The notes under the pieces are model-generated. The model worked only from the letters and a program-made list of their open reading frames with translations. It had not been told where the DNA came from and did no database searches. A stretch of 64,000 bases of DNA from Candidatus Omnitrophota bacterium (GTDB taxonomy: Bacteria; Omnitrophota; Gorgyraeia; JABMRG01), in the NCBI GenBank assembly GCA_043823785.1, contig JBDRAM010000042.1, positions 1,563 through 65,562 on the forward strand, in the 5' to 3' direction. Both the position numbers and the translations under genes were made by a program. Shown one piece after another: positions 9,277 through 18,937 of this stretch; position 1 is the stretch's first letter; every line of letters begins with the position of its first letter.

Positions 9277-10961
9277 AAGATCAAAAATGTAATCTATGCG
9301 GTTTTGACCGTCAGGCCATGGTATATGAGGCGCCTGATAAGAAGGACGCGCATTCAGCTTTAGTATATTCTATTTCAGAATCTAATATAATTCCGCCAAA
9401 GCGAATTGTAAGATGTAAAAGCTGCGGTCTCATATATGCTTCGCCTATTCAGAGATGGGAAGACCTATATGCCGCGTATTCAGAGATGGAAGACGAAGCA
9501 TATATCAGAGAAGAAAAGGGAAGGAGGATCGCGGCCAGGTCTCTTTTAAAAAAAATAGGTAAGATAAAAAAATATAGCGCGGGCAGCAAGATGCTCGATG
9601 TAGGATGCGGCACGGGATTCCTGCTTGATGAGGCAAGGAAGGCCGGGTGGGATGCCCATGGCGTTGAGATATCAAAATGGGCAGCAAACTACGCGGATAA
9701 GGAATTGAAGTTAAAGGTATACAATACCACTCTTAATGAAAAGAAATTTCCTGATAAGAATTTTGACCTGATAATATTACAGGACGTTATAGAACATCTG
9801 ATAGACCCAAAGGCTGTTATTAAAGAGGCAAGGAGGATATTATCAAACGATGGTATATTATATATCAACACACCGGATATAGAGAGCTTGCCAAGCAGAT
9901 TGTTAAGAGCCCGATGGTGGGGCATAAACAGGTTTCATCTGTATTACTTTTCTAAAAAGACATTGGACACTATGCTTGAAGCAGCCGGTTTTAAGAGTAT
10001 AAGATATTGTTCCCATGCCAGGACATTTAGCTCAGGCTACTGGCTTGAAAGATTTAAGTCTTACAGCGTTTTATTTTATAAAGTTTTATTTTTTGTCAGT
10101 CGTATAACTTTTTTAGAAAAGAGGATTATTACGGTAAATCTTTACGACCAGATAGGGGCGTTTGCCAGAAAAAGCCGTAAGCTTGAATATATACATGAGT
10201 TTGAAAATGAGGAGAAAAGTTACAGTGAAAAAGAGAAGAAGATAATTATTGTCCTGCCATCATACAATGCCGCCAAGACGCTCAACGTCACATTCAACGA
10301 TATACCTAAGGGCATTGCGGATGATATTATTTTAGTAGATGATGCCAGCAGAGATAATACTAAAGAGATAGCAGCCGGGCTTGGAATAAAAGTCTTTAGC
10401 CATAAGAAGAACAGGGGCTACGGGGCAAACCAGAAGACCTGTTTTTCTAAGGCATTAGAATCAGGCGCGGATATCGTGGTCATGCTTCACCCCGACTATC
10501 AGTATGATCCGCGCGCTATACCTGAGCTCATCGCTCCCATAAAGAGCGGCCGCGCGGACGCTGTATTTGGCTCAAGGATGATGAAGGGAGGTTCATTGAT
10601 AGGAGGTATGCCCCTATGGAAGCACAATGCTAATATACTTCTTACGGCGCTTGAAAATATAGTTTTTAATACCTATCTGACAGAATATCATTCCGGGTTT
10701 AGGGCATACAGCAGTCAACTTTTAAGGAAAATTCATTTTAAAGAAAACTCTGATGGCTTTGTTTTTGACACCGAGATCATCGCGCAGGCGCTATTACACC
10801 GTTTCAGAATAGAGGAGATACCCATACGCACCCGCTACTTTGATGAGGCATCATCGATAAAGTTTTTCCCATGCCTTGTTTACGGGCTTGGAATACTAAA
10901 GACTCTTTTAAAATATATTTTACACACACGGAAAATTATACGTTTCAGGCAATTTGAATAG
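9270..10961 (+). CDS. Fusion of class I SAM methyltransferase (N-terminal CxxC pairs) and GT2 DPM1-like glycosyltransferase
   Basis: LDVGCGTG and DVIEHL in N-half; LPSYNA, VDDAS, GYGANQK, HPDYQY, HSGFRAY, FVFDTE in C-half. Confidence 0.88.
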   Translation: MLKDQKCNLCGFDRQAMVYEAPDKKDAHSALVYSISESNIIPPKRIVRCKSCGLIYASPIQRWEDLYAAYSEMEDEAYIREEKGRRIAARSLLKKIGKIKKYSAGSKMLDVGCGTGFLLDEARKAGWDAHGVEISKWAANYADKELKLKVYNTTLNEKKFPDKNFDLIILQDVIEHLIDPKAVIKEARRILSNDGILYINTPDIESLPSRLLRARWWGINRFHLYYFSKKTLDTMLEAAGFKSIRYCSHARTFSSGYWLERFKSYSVLFYKVLFFVSRITFLEKRIITVNLYDQIGAFARKSRKLEYIHEFENEEKSYSEKEKKIIIVLPSYNAAKTLNVTFNDIPKGIADDIILVDDASRDNTKEIAAGLGIKVFSHKKNRGYGANQKTCFSKALESGADIVVMLHPDYQYDPRAIPELIAPIKSGRADAVFGSRMMKGGSLIGGMPLWKHNANILLTALENIVFNTYLTEYHSGFRAYSSQLLRKIHFKENSDGFVFDTEIIAQALLHRFRIEEIPIRTRYFDEASSIKFFPCLVYGLGILKTLLKYILHTRKIIRFRQFE

Positions 10962-11852
10962 ATGAATACAATAAAGAGGCTAATGGATATAGGAGAATTT
11001 CAACTTATCAGCAAGATAAGGCGGAATATAAGCTTAGGCCCATCTACAATAAAGGGCATAGGTGATGACTGCGCTGTGCTTAAATATACTAAAGATAAGT
11101 ACCTGCTCTTTGCGACAGATATGATAATAGAGGGGTATCATTTTAGAAAAAACGCAAAACCTGAAAGCATAGGGCATAAGGCCTTGGCAGTAAATATAAG
11201 TGATATTGCCGCCTGCGGCGGCATGCCTAAATGGGCTGTAATTTCCGCGGGCCTTCCGCCAGAAATACCATATGATTATGTCCGCAGGATCTATAGCGGC
11301 ATTAAGAATTTAGCGCGCAGGTTCAAGGTTGATATAGTCGGCGGCGATACGAATTCATCCAAAAAAATAGTTTTATCAGTATCTGTTTTGGGAGAGGTTA
11401 AAAAGAAGAATTTGGCTCTACGCTCCGGGGCAAAGGATAAAGATATAATATTCTTGAGCGGCCCGCTAAGAAAAAAGCCGGATGACCTTAATTTTATGCC
11501 GCGCGTAAAAGAAGCGCTATACCTTGTTGAAAACTTTAAAGTAAATTCTATGATAGATATATCGGATGGATTTTTTTCAGATCTGGATCATATATTAAAA
11601 GAGAGTAGAAAAGGGGCTATTATATATGAATCTTTAATTCCATTTAAAGGAGAAAGAAGATCTTTGAGAGATATACTAAATACCGGGGAACAATTTGAGC
11701 TTATTTTTACTTTGCCAAGGTATTGTCTTAATGAACTGCCCAAGGGTATTTATCCGGTTGGTGAGATAGCAGAAAACGAGAGAGGTATTATTTTCATAAC
11801 GCGCAATGGCAAAAGAGAAAAGCCGCAATCGGGTGGGTATAGGCATTTTTAA
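10962..11852 (+). CDS. thiL: Thiamine-monophosphate kinase
   Basis: GEFQLI, GIGDDCA, AVNISDIAACGG, GGDT, DISDG. Confidence 0.93.
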   Translation: MNTIKRLMDIGEFQLISKIRRNISLGPSTIKGIGDDCAVLKYTKDKYLLFATDMIIEGYHFRKNAKPESIGHKALAVNISDIAACGGMPKWAVISAGLPPEIPYDYVRRIYSGIKNLARRFKVDIVGGDTNSSKKIVLSVSVLGEVKKKNLALRSGAKDKDIIFLSGPLRKKPDDLNFMPRVKEALYLVENFKVNSMIDISDGFFSDLDHILKESRKGAIIYESLIPFKGERRSLRDILNTGEQFELIFTLPRYCLNELPKGIYPVGEIAENERGIIFITRNGKREKPQSGGYRHF

Positions 11853-11895
11853 AAAAGATTATTACTAGCTGCTAAAATGACAGGTCAAGTGAGAC

Positions 11896-13362
11896 GTGAT
11901 ATTAATTAATCCCAGATCTACGAAATTCGGTATTTTTGATAAATATATACCGCTGAGTGTCCCTATAGGTATAGGCTATTTAGCGGCTACACTGCTCGCC
12001 AACAATAAGAGAGCTAAGATAATCGATGAGCACATCGACCTTATTTCCAAAGGGCTGCTTAAAGATACGCTTAAAGGATTGAGCGAGCCTTACGTATTTG
12101 GTATTTCCACATTGACTGCCTGCGTAGCTCGAAGCTATGAGATAGCAAGCTTAATTAAGAATTTATATCCTAAATCAAAGATAGTTTTAGGCGGTATTCA
12201 TCCCACCGTGTTGCCAGAAGAGGTTTTAGGAAATAGCGATATAGATTTTGTTGTCAGAGGAGAGGGAGAAAATATAGTTGTCGAACTATATGATGCTATA
12301 AAAAACAATAAAGACCATTCACGCATAAAAGGTATATCATTTAGGGCGTCAGGTAAGGTAGTTAATAATCCTGAAGCGGAGATGCCGGATTTAAAGCGCT
12401 TGCCGGCATTTCCTTATCACCTTTTTGATAAAAATTCGCATAGATACAACTTTAGTTTTATTGCCAGCTCCAGGGGCTGTCCTTATAAGTGTATATTCTG
12501 CAGCCAAAGATCTATTTCAGGCCAACAGTTTCGCTATATACCCACAAATGTTGTCATAGATGAGATAGATATGCTTATCAATAAGTATGGACAGGCGCAC
12601 ATAAATTTTGTAGATGATAATTTCACAATAAATAAAACAAGAGTAGCGGAGCTATGCGAAGCTATTATAGGAAGAAGATTTCATGATAGGGTAAGCTTTG
12701 ATTGCCAGACAAGAGCAGATGCCGTAGATGACGAGATATTAGATTTATTGAAAAAAGCAGGATTTAGGCTTATAGATTTTGGAATAGAGACAGCTTCAGA
12801 GAGGCTTATGATACTGCTGAATAAAAAGGAGACAGTGCAAGACAATATCGAGGCAGTAAGATCCGCGAAGAAGCATGGATTTGGCGTATCCGGCACTTTT
12901 ATATTTGGTTTACCTTCTGAAACAAGATCTGATAGAACGCGGGCCTACAGGCTGGCCAAAGAGTTAGATCTGGATTATGTACGATTTAATAATGCTACGC
13001 CCTATCCCGGGACTGTCTTGTATGATATCGCTAAAAAGGAAGGGAGACTTTTTATTAAGGAGAACTGGTCTAATCTGAATGCTTGCGCGTCATTAGCGCA
13101 GGATTCCCCGACTGAGACTAAGTTGCCTTATGTCCCGTTAGGTTGTGATGAAAAGGTATTAAGGCGGGATATTGTTAAGGCCAACCTATTTTTTTCCTTA
13201 AGGCCTAAAAGAATATTAAAGCTGCTGGTTAAGAGGGTTGGCCCGGCTGGATGGTTTTATCTGCGGCCCAAATGGTATCTAAACCCAAGGGAGTGGCTTG
13301 GCCTTATCTATTTGGGATATAGACTTTTAAAAGCTCTAGTAATGGCATACGTAGGTTTTTAA
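11896..13362 (+). CDS. B12-binding-domain radical SAM protein
   Basis: N-terminal cobalamin-binding-like region (VLGGIHPT, VVRGEGE); SRGCPYKCIFC CxxxCxxC; TPYPGT. Confidence 0.9.
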   Translation: MILINPRSTKFGIFDKYIPLSVPIGIGYLAATLLANNKRAKIIDEHIDLISKGLLKDTLKGLSEPYVFGISTLTACVARSYEIASLIKNLYPKSKIVLGGIHPTVLPEEVLGNSDIDFVVRGEGENIVVELYDAIKNNKDHSRIKGISFRASGKVVNNPEAEMPDLKRLPAFPYHLFDKNSHRYNFSFIASSRGCPYKCIFCSQRSISGQQFRYIPTNVVIDEIDMLINKYGQAHINFVDDNFTINKTRVAELCEAIIGRRFHDRVSFDCQTRADAVDDEILDLLKKAGFRLIDFGIETASERLMILLNKKETVQDNIEAVRSAKKHGFGVSGTFIFGLPSETRSDRTRAYRLAKELDLDYVRFNNATPYPGTVLYDIAKKEGRLFIKENWSNLNACASLAQDSPTETKLPYVPLGCDEKVLRRDIVKANLFFSLRPKRILKLLVKRVGPAGWFYLRPKWYLNPREWLGLIYLGYRLLKALVMAYVGF

Positions 13363-13377
13363 CGAGGTACATCGAAC

Positions 13378-14499
13378 GTGGAAGTAAAAAGAGATATTAA
13401 GGGGTTATTATTTTTTCTCGCTGTAATAATAGCCCTGGTTACTATGCAGTGGCAGATCTGGCTGGGTGATAAACTGACTATTATACATGCTTGTTACGTA
13501 TTATTTCTATTTGGATCCTTTCTTTTTTTTAGAGATATAGCAAGATACAAAGTAAGCACCGCGTTTGCTTTTGTCTCCCTGGCATTTTCTTCTGCCGGCG
13601 TTTCTTATTTAAAACAGCATTCTTCTATCATTAGCGCTTTTCTTATACCCTGGATAGCACTCTCCGCGTTAAAATATCTAAGATTTAAACACCCAAAGTT
13701 TATATTTTATATAATAATTATGATAGGCGTCAATATCCCATGCTATTACTCGATCTTTTCAGGAGCAGCTGTTTCTGCAAACCCGCCTACCGCAGATTTT
13801 CTCACGCTTTTGACGCCATACTGGTTTATACTGCATTTTATAGATAGTGAATATATGTCCGCGTCTTTTTTGTATATAGGTTTAATACCGTTACTTTTTG
13901 CCGTTACCGGGGCCTGCCTTTCAAAGGACAGGCATAGGCCTGCTTTCATATTTGCCGTGTTGTTAATAATATTTTTGATGTTAGCCTTTCATATTTATCA
14001 GATCGCAATCCTTTTTATCTTTTGCCTGACTTATTTTGTCTGCATGGGCTTTGATGTAATATTTGATTCGGTGCATAAAAAAAGAACAGGTTATTACAGG
14101 ACTTTCCTGGTTTTATCTATTATAATAATATCCGCCATTTCGATATCAGTAAACTACAGCCTTTTTGATAGTTTTTTTAACACGACAGATAGGTATGTAG
14201 TTATGGGCGGTTTAGTCATAGATTTTTATAGCATAGCAGTAGGCGCTGTGAGCGCCTCGAACCTAAATATCCTATTATTTATAGCGGGTAGTATTATTAT
14301 ACTATATGTACTTAGACAGGAAAAAATGAATTTAAGGCTTAAGTATTTTGCGATAATATGTTTTATCATTGCCGACCTGCTTCTGTTTAATTTCGATATC
14401 ATTAAATTTATCACCATGCCGACGGGCAGTCCGGAGGACTTGTCCGCGCGTGGATTTGTTAACAATGAAGGTCCGAAAACATATGAGATCAATAGATAA
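13378..14499 (+). CDS. Polytopic membrane protein, possibly YfhO/GT-C-like
   Basis: About 10 hydrophobic segments; LYIGLIPLLFA motif; glycan-gene context. Confidence 0.6.
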   Translation: MEVKRDIKGLLFFLAVIIALVTMQWQIWLGDKLTIIHACYVLFLFGSFLFFRDIARYKVSTAFAFVSLAFSSAGVSYLKQHSSIISAFLIPWIALSALKYLRFKHPKFIFYIIIMIGVNIPCYYSIFSGAAVSANPPTADFLTLLTPYWFILHFIDSEYMSASFLYIGLIPLLFAVTGACLSKDRHRPAFIFAVLLIIFLMLAFHIYQIAILFIFCLTYFVCMGFDVIFDSVHKKRTGYYRTFLVLSIIIISAISISVNYSLFDSFFNTTDRYVVMGGLVIDFYSIAVGAVSASNLNILLFIAGSIIILYVLRQEKMNLRLKYFAIICFIIADLLLFNFDIIKFITMPTGSPEDLSARGFVNNEGPKTYEINR

Positions 14500-16420
14500 G
14501 TTCTGTGAGATCTATGCCAACAAGCTTATATGTGTATTTATATTCATATATGTCCTGCTTTTTTGCTTCCTATGCTTTTTAAAATTTCATTCTTTTGAAT
14601 ATTATGATTGGGATTTTGCAAGTGATATAATCACATTGTGGAATAGTACCCATGGTAATTTTCTATACTACCCATTTTTGGAAGAAAATATCTTTGGGGC
14701 CCATCTATATATTATAATATTGCTAATAATACCCATATATGCTCTTTTCGAAAATCCGCTCACGCTTCTGTTTTTACAGAGCTTATTTTTGGGGTTAGGA
14801 GCTTATCCTCTGTATCTTTTGGCAAGATCAAAACTTAACAAGACGCTCGCCCTGGTTATAAGCCTGGCATATTTATTATACCCTTCACTGGGTTTCATGA
14901 ACCTGTTCGAGACACACTTTGAGATATATGTGATATTTTTTCTTTTTTTCGCGATATATTATTTTGAGATGAGAAGCTTCGGTAAATTCGCCCTATTTAT
15001 CATTCTTGCCATAAGTTGTAAGGAGAATGTAAGTTTTGTAGTTTTTATGTTTGGTATATACGCTCTATTTAAGAGGATGCCATGGAGGTGGGTAATTTTT
15101 CCCTGCGTTCTTGGCGCGGGCTGGTTTTTTCTGGCGGTAAAAGTCATTATTCCGCATTTTGCAAGAGACGCGGATTTATATCAAGGCGGTTTTATGTTCA
15201 GTAACTATTACCAGCACCTTGGCGGCAGTATATTTGAAATAGCAAAGACGGTATTATTCTCACCTTCTTATACTGCCAGGTTTATTTTTACGCCGGCCAA
15301 GGTTTTATATATGTGTGATCTTTTTATGCCGACAGGCTTCATAGGATTAATAAATCCTCTTATACTTATAATCACCGTGCCTGTTTTTTTGCAGAATATG
15401 CTTTCTTCGCAGTTATTGCATACAAGAATCCATTATCATTATGTCTCATCTATAGTACCTTTCATATTTTCATCGGTTGTCTTTGGATTTAAAAAGATTG
15501 TCGATGATGAGCTATTGCGTGAATATAGCAATAAGCTGATCTTATTTTTTCTGATCTTTGTTATCTTTTCCGGTATTTACCTGGAAGCGCCTCAGATATA
15601 TTTTTTCCAGCATCTGAATGCTTATAAGATAGATTATCTCGCGAAAGAAAAGAATAGGCTTGTAGAAATGATCCCGCCCGGGGCATCTGTCATGTCCACA
15701 TTCAAATTTTTACCTAAATTGGCTAACAGATTCGATCTCTATTCTCTTCATCTTGTTACAACAGGTTTTAGGATGTATACCAATGTAAGATATCAGCCGC
15801 CGCCGAACCTGGAATATGCTATAGTCGACTTTGCTGATCCGCTGTTGCACGGCTCCTTTTTCCCTGAGGATGCGCCTCGGAATATGCGTAATTTTCTTAA
15901 AGATGGGGATTGGAGAGTCTTTGACGGGTTTGATGAAAACATACTTTTCAAGAAATCCTATCCAGGGGGCAGCAGGCTTTATGAGGAATCGGATGCGCCA
16001 GAGATAGAAAATATTATAAATGCAAACATAGGCAACAATATAATATTTATTGGTTATGATGTTCTAAGAAATAATACCTCATGTGACGGCATGCTTCCTG
16101 TTATTTTTTATTGGAGGCCAGGCGCAAAGCCTTCTAGATCCGTAGGTTTTATAATGGAGTTTCTAGATAAAGATAATAATATAAAATTTGCAAAAGATTA
16201 CACTTTGGGCTATACTATTTATCCACCGACAGAATTGCCTAAAGAAAAAACAACCGGAATTAATCGCTTCATACTTATTCCCCCTGGTATAAAAAGCGGT
16301 CTCTATGATATAAGAATAAGATTCTATGATAAGGAGAGCGCGAAGACTTTATCGGTTTTATCGGGCCAGGCGAACGGGGCTGACTCGATTATTCTGAAAG
16401 ATATTTTGATAAAGGTGTAA
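14483..16420 (+). CDS. DUF2079-like membrane protein (putative GT-C glycosyltransferase) with C-terminal beta-rich domain
   Basis: Many TM helices; YDWD, FGAH, ETHFE, SCKE, HYHY motifs; ATG at 14483 preferred over ORF-track start. Confidence 0.75.
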   Translation: MRSIDKFCEIYANKLICVFIFIYVLLFCFLCFLKFHSFEYYDWDFASDIITLWNSTHGNFLYYPFLEENIFGAHLYIIILLIIPIYALFENPLTLLFLQSLFLGLGAYPLYLLARSKLNKTLALVISLAYLLYPSLGFMNLFETHFEIYVIFFLFFAIYYFEMRSFGKFALFIILAISCKENVSFVVFMFGIYALFKRMPWRWVIFPCVLGAGWFFLAVKVIIPHFARDADLYQGGFMFSNYYQHLGGSIFEIAKTVLFSPSYTARFIFTPAKVLYMCDLFMPTGFIGLINPLILIITVPVFLQNMLSSQLLHTRIHYHYVSSIVPFIFSSVVFGFKKIVDDELLREYSNKLILFFLIFVIFSGIYLEAPQIYFFQHLNAYKIDYLAKEKNRLVEMIPPGASVMSTFKFLPKLANRFDLYSLHLVTTGFRMYTNVRYQPPPNLEYAIVDFADPLLHGSFFPEDAPRNMRNFLKDGDWRVFDGFDENILFKKSYPGGSRLYEESDAPEIENIINANIGNNIIFIGYDVLRNNTSCDGMLPVIFYWRPGAKPSRSVGFIMEFLDKDNNIKFAKDYTLGYTIYPPTELPKEKTTGINRFILIPPGIKSGLYDIRIRFYDKESAKTLSVLSGQANGADSIILKDILIKV

Positions 16421-16524
16421 AGTAAACATTTTTTATGGTATAGGAAAGTATAAAATACTTTCCTAACCACTAAAAATCGATTAAAAGTTATCGTGGAGCG
16501 ATTTTCTTGGAGGAAGCCCTTGTT

Positions 16525-17046
16525 ATGAGTATACTGCCGTATGGTTTAGTAATATTTTTTTTGGCTATATTTTTTCATTTTATCATATGGAGGCTGAGCC
16601 TGCCCAAAAGAAATCAGAGTACAGTTCTGCTGGTGATATTCTACGGCGCGTTTATTATAAGTGTTTTTATATTGAAGAAATTTCCGGGACTTTCCGCTTT
16701 TGACACTAGCAATCCTCAGGCACTCTCGGACCATATCCATCTTTTTATTTTTTTTAGCTCTCTGACATTTTCGTATATTATCTCATATTCAGCGATCGGC
16801 GCGGACAGTCCCTCCATGAATATGGTATTAAAAATTGCAAGGTCAGCTCCGGATGGATTAGAGAGGGATAAGATAGCTGAGATGATGACAGATGATTATT
16901 TGATAAAGCCCAGATTGAAAGAGTTGATCAACAATAAGATGGTGTATATGATAAACGATGTGTATAGGATCAGCAAGCTAGGTGAGTTGTTTGTAAAAAT
17001 TTTTGTGTATTACCGGGATCTTTTAAATCTACCAAAAGGCGGTTAA
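16525..17046 (+). CDS. Membrane protein with putative C-terminal winged-helix domain
   Basis: 3 TM segments, then SPS...GL...RLKEL...YRISKLG pattern. Confidence 0.65.
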   Translation: MSILPYGLVIFFLAIFFHFIIWRLSLPKRNQSTVLLVIFYGAFIISVFILKKFPGLSAFDTSNPQALSDHIHLFIFFSSLTFSYIISYSAIGADSPSMNMVLKIARSAPDGLERDKIAEMMTDDYLIKPRLKELINNKMVYMINDVYRISKLGELFVKIFVYYRDLLNLPKGG

Positions 17047-17570
17047 TGCTGATGTCCAGCAGTTATTTTGCGATATTTATACCAGTAATATCACTAATAG
17101 TCAATATATTGTGCCAGATAATATATTACAAGTGCTTACCTAAGCCGGGATTATTGAATTCAATATTTAAGGGATTTGTCTTTGGGCTTTTTACTTTTTT
17201 GTTATTTGAGCTGTGTCAATTTCAGTCAGCTGTCTGCCCCTTACTGAAAAAGATAGATATTCTTATTGTGCATCTGATAACCTATGCATGCCTTAGCTAT
17301 TGTTACTTCCATTTTATAAATCTTGGCGAGACAGCGCGCAGGATCAGGATCTTACGAGAACTGGAAATTGTTCCAGAGGGCCTTTCTCTACATGATATAC
17401 TTACACGTTATAATGCAAATGAGATCATAGAGCGCAGGCTCACGCGGTTGATTAAAGATGGCCAGTTGATATTAGCTGGCGATAAATACCGCATAGGGAA
17501 ACCTGTTATGTTGTTAATATCAAAACTTCTGGCATTCGCAAAAGTTCTTTTTTTAGGGAAGAGCTTTTGA
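17046..17570 (+). CDS. Membrane protein with putative C-terminal winged-helix domain (paralog-like to upstream gene)
   Basis: 3 TM segments, then TARRIRIL...GLS...RLTRL...YRIGK; TAATG overlap with upstream gene. Confidence 0.65.
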   Translation: MLMSSSYFAIFIPVISLIVNILCQIIYYKCLPKPGLLNSIFKGFVFGLFTFLLFELCQFQSAVCPLLKKIDILIVHLITYACLSYCYFHFINLGETARRIRILRELEIVPEGLSLHDILTRYNANEIIERRLTRLIKDGQLILAGDKYRIGKPVMLLISKLLAFAKVLFLGKSF

Positions 17571-17609
17571 ATAAAATTAGACGCTTGATTTCCTAAGCGA
17601 TGGAGCCTT

Positions 17610-18065
17610 ATGATAGCAAATAGCGTTAAAGATACACTGGCATTCGGCAGAAGGCTGGCTCATTTTTTAGAGGCAGGTGATGTTGTTGCTTTAACAGGCG
17701 ATCTGGGTTCCGGCAAGACGACTTTTACAAAGGGTATTGCGGCAGGGCTTAAGGTAAGCGATCCTGAATATGTTAATTCACCTTCATTTGTCCTGGTAAA
17801 GGAATATAAGGGCAGGTTAAACCTTTATCACTTTGACCTTTATAGGCTGGATAGAATGGATGACATGGAATATATAGGCATAAGTGAATATATGGATGGA
17901 GATGGTGTAGTTGTGATAGAGTGGGCAAATAAGCTAAAAGGCCTTTTACCTTCAGAATATCTGGAGATATGTATAAACATAGCAGGTAAGAACAAGAGAA
18001 AATTAGAGCTTAAGGCGCATGGAGAAAAATACCTTAATATTATCCGCGGATACATCAAGCAGTAG
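17610..18065 (+). CDS. tsaE: tRNA t6A biosynthesis ATPase
   Basis: GDLGSGKTT, SPSF, HFDLYR, VIEW. Confidence 0.96.
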   Translation: MIANSVKDTLAFGRRLAHFLEAGDVVALTGDLGSGKTTFTKGIAAGLKVSDPEYVNSPSFVLVKEYKGRLNLYHFDLYRLDRMDDMEYIGISEYMDGDGVVVIEWANKLKGLLPSEYLEICINIAGKNKRKLELKAHGEKYLNIIRGYIKQ

Positions 18066-18720
18066 ATTCAGCATAGCCCTGATAGAGCGAGGCCTTTTGA
18101 TCGATGAGCTTGAAGCAGCCTCTATTAACAGGCACTCATCAGATCTTTTGCCTTCAATCGATAAGATGCTTTCAAAGAATTCTTATAGATTGGATGATAT
18201 TACCGCCTTTTGTGTCGGCTTAGGCCCGGGATCTTTTACAGGGCTTCGTGTAGGCGTAACTACTATGCGGGGGCTTGCCCTATCTTTATCAAAGCCCATA
18301 ATAGGCATAGCGAGCATAGACTGTATTGCTTATAGCGCATTAGGTTATAAAGGAAAGATATGCGCTATATTGGACGCTAGGCAAGAGAAGGTATATGCGT
18401 GTATATACCATTCCAGCGGGAAAAGAATAGTACCGGAAAGCAAAATCTTGCTGATTGGCCCCAAGGACCTTTTAAAGCTTAGGCAGATCGCCGGGCCCAC
18501 AATATTTTTAGGAGACGGTTTAAAGCTGTATAAAGATGATATACTGAAAGAAAGGGGCCGCATGGCGGATTTCGCGCCTGAATCCTTATGGTATCCTAAG
18601 GCGGCAATAGCTGGAGTACTTGGGCTTGATAGGATAAACAGGAGAAGCTATGATAATGTATACAGCCTTTCTCCGCTTTATATATATCCCAAGGAATGCC
18701 AGGTTAGAAAGAGTTTATAG
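18019..18720 (+). CDS. tsaB: tRNA t6A biosynthesis protein
   Basis: ILSADTS, GPGSFTGLRVG, LDARQ, PLY. Confidence 0.95.
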   Translation: MEKNTLILSADTSSSRFSIALIERGLLIDELEAASINRHSSDLLPSIDKMLSKNSYRLDDITAFCVGLGPGSFTGLRVGVTTMRGLALSLSKPIIGIASIDCIAYSALGYKGKICAILDARQEKVYACIYHSSGKRIVPESKILLIGPKDLLKLRQIAGPTIFLGDGLKLYKDDILKERGRMADFAPESLWYPKAAIAGVLGLDRINRRSYDNVYSLSPLYIYPKECQVRKSL

Positions 18721-18937
18721 TTGATAGTTTATAGTATGGTGCAGCGCACAAGAACTGGGTTAGCAGCGCTGCTAGTAAAAATCCAAAGTAAAAAATAGTT
18801 TATAGTTTATAGTTGAGAGTTTATAGATAGGCGAACAGAGACGTTTTTAAAAATCCAACGAAATAGAAGAATAGATTAGAATGAAAAAACCACGATATGC
18901 GATATGCGATATGCGATATGCGAGACGTAAAATCCAA
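18713..18937. repeat. Heptamer arrays (GTTTATA/GTTGATA; (CGATATG)x4) separated by AAAATCCAA copies
   Basis: CGATATG x4 at 18893-18920; AAAATCCAA at 18778, 18850 and 18929. Confidence 0.75.

Noticed and set aside
18778-18937. AAAATCCAA repeats as a mini-CRISPR
   Set aside because: Repeat is only 9 bp and the intervening DNA is itself repetitive
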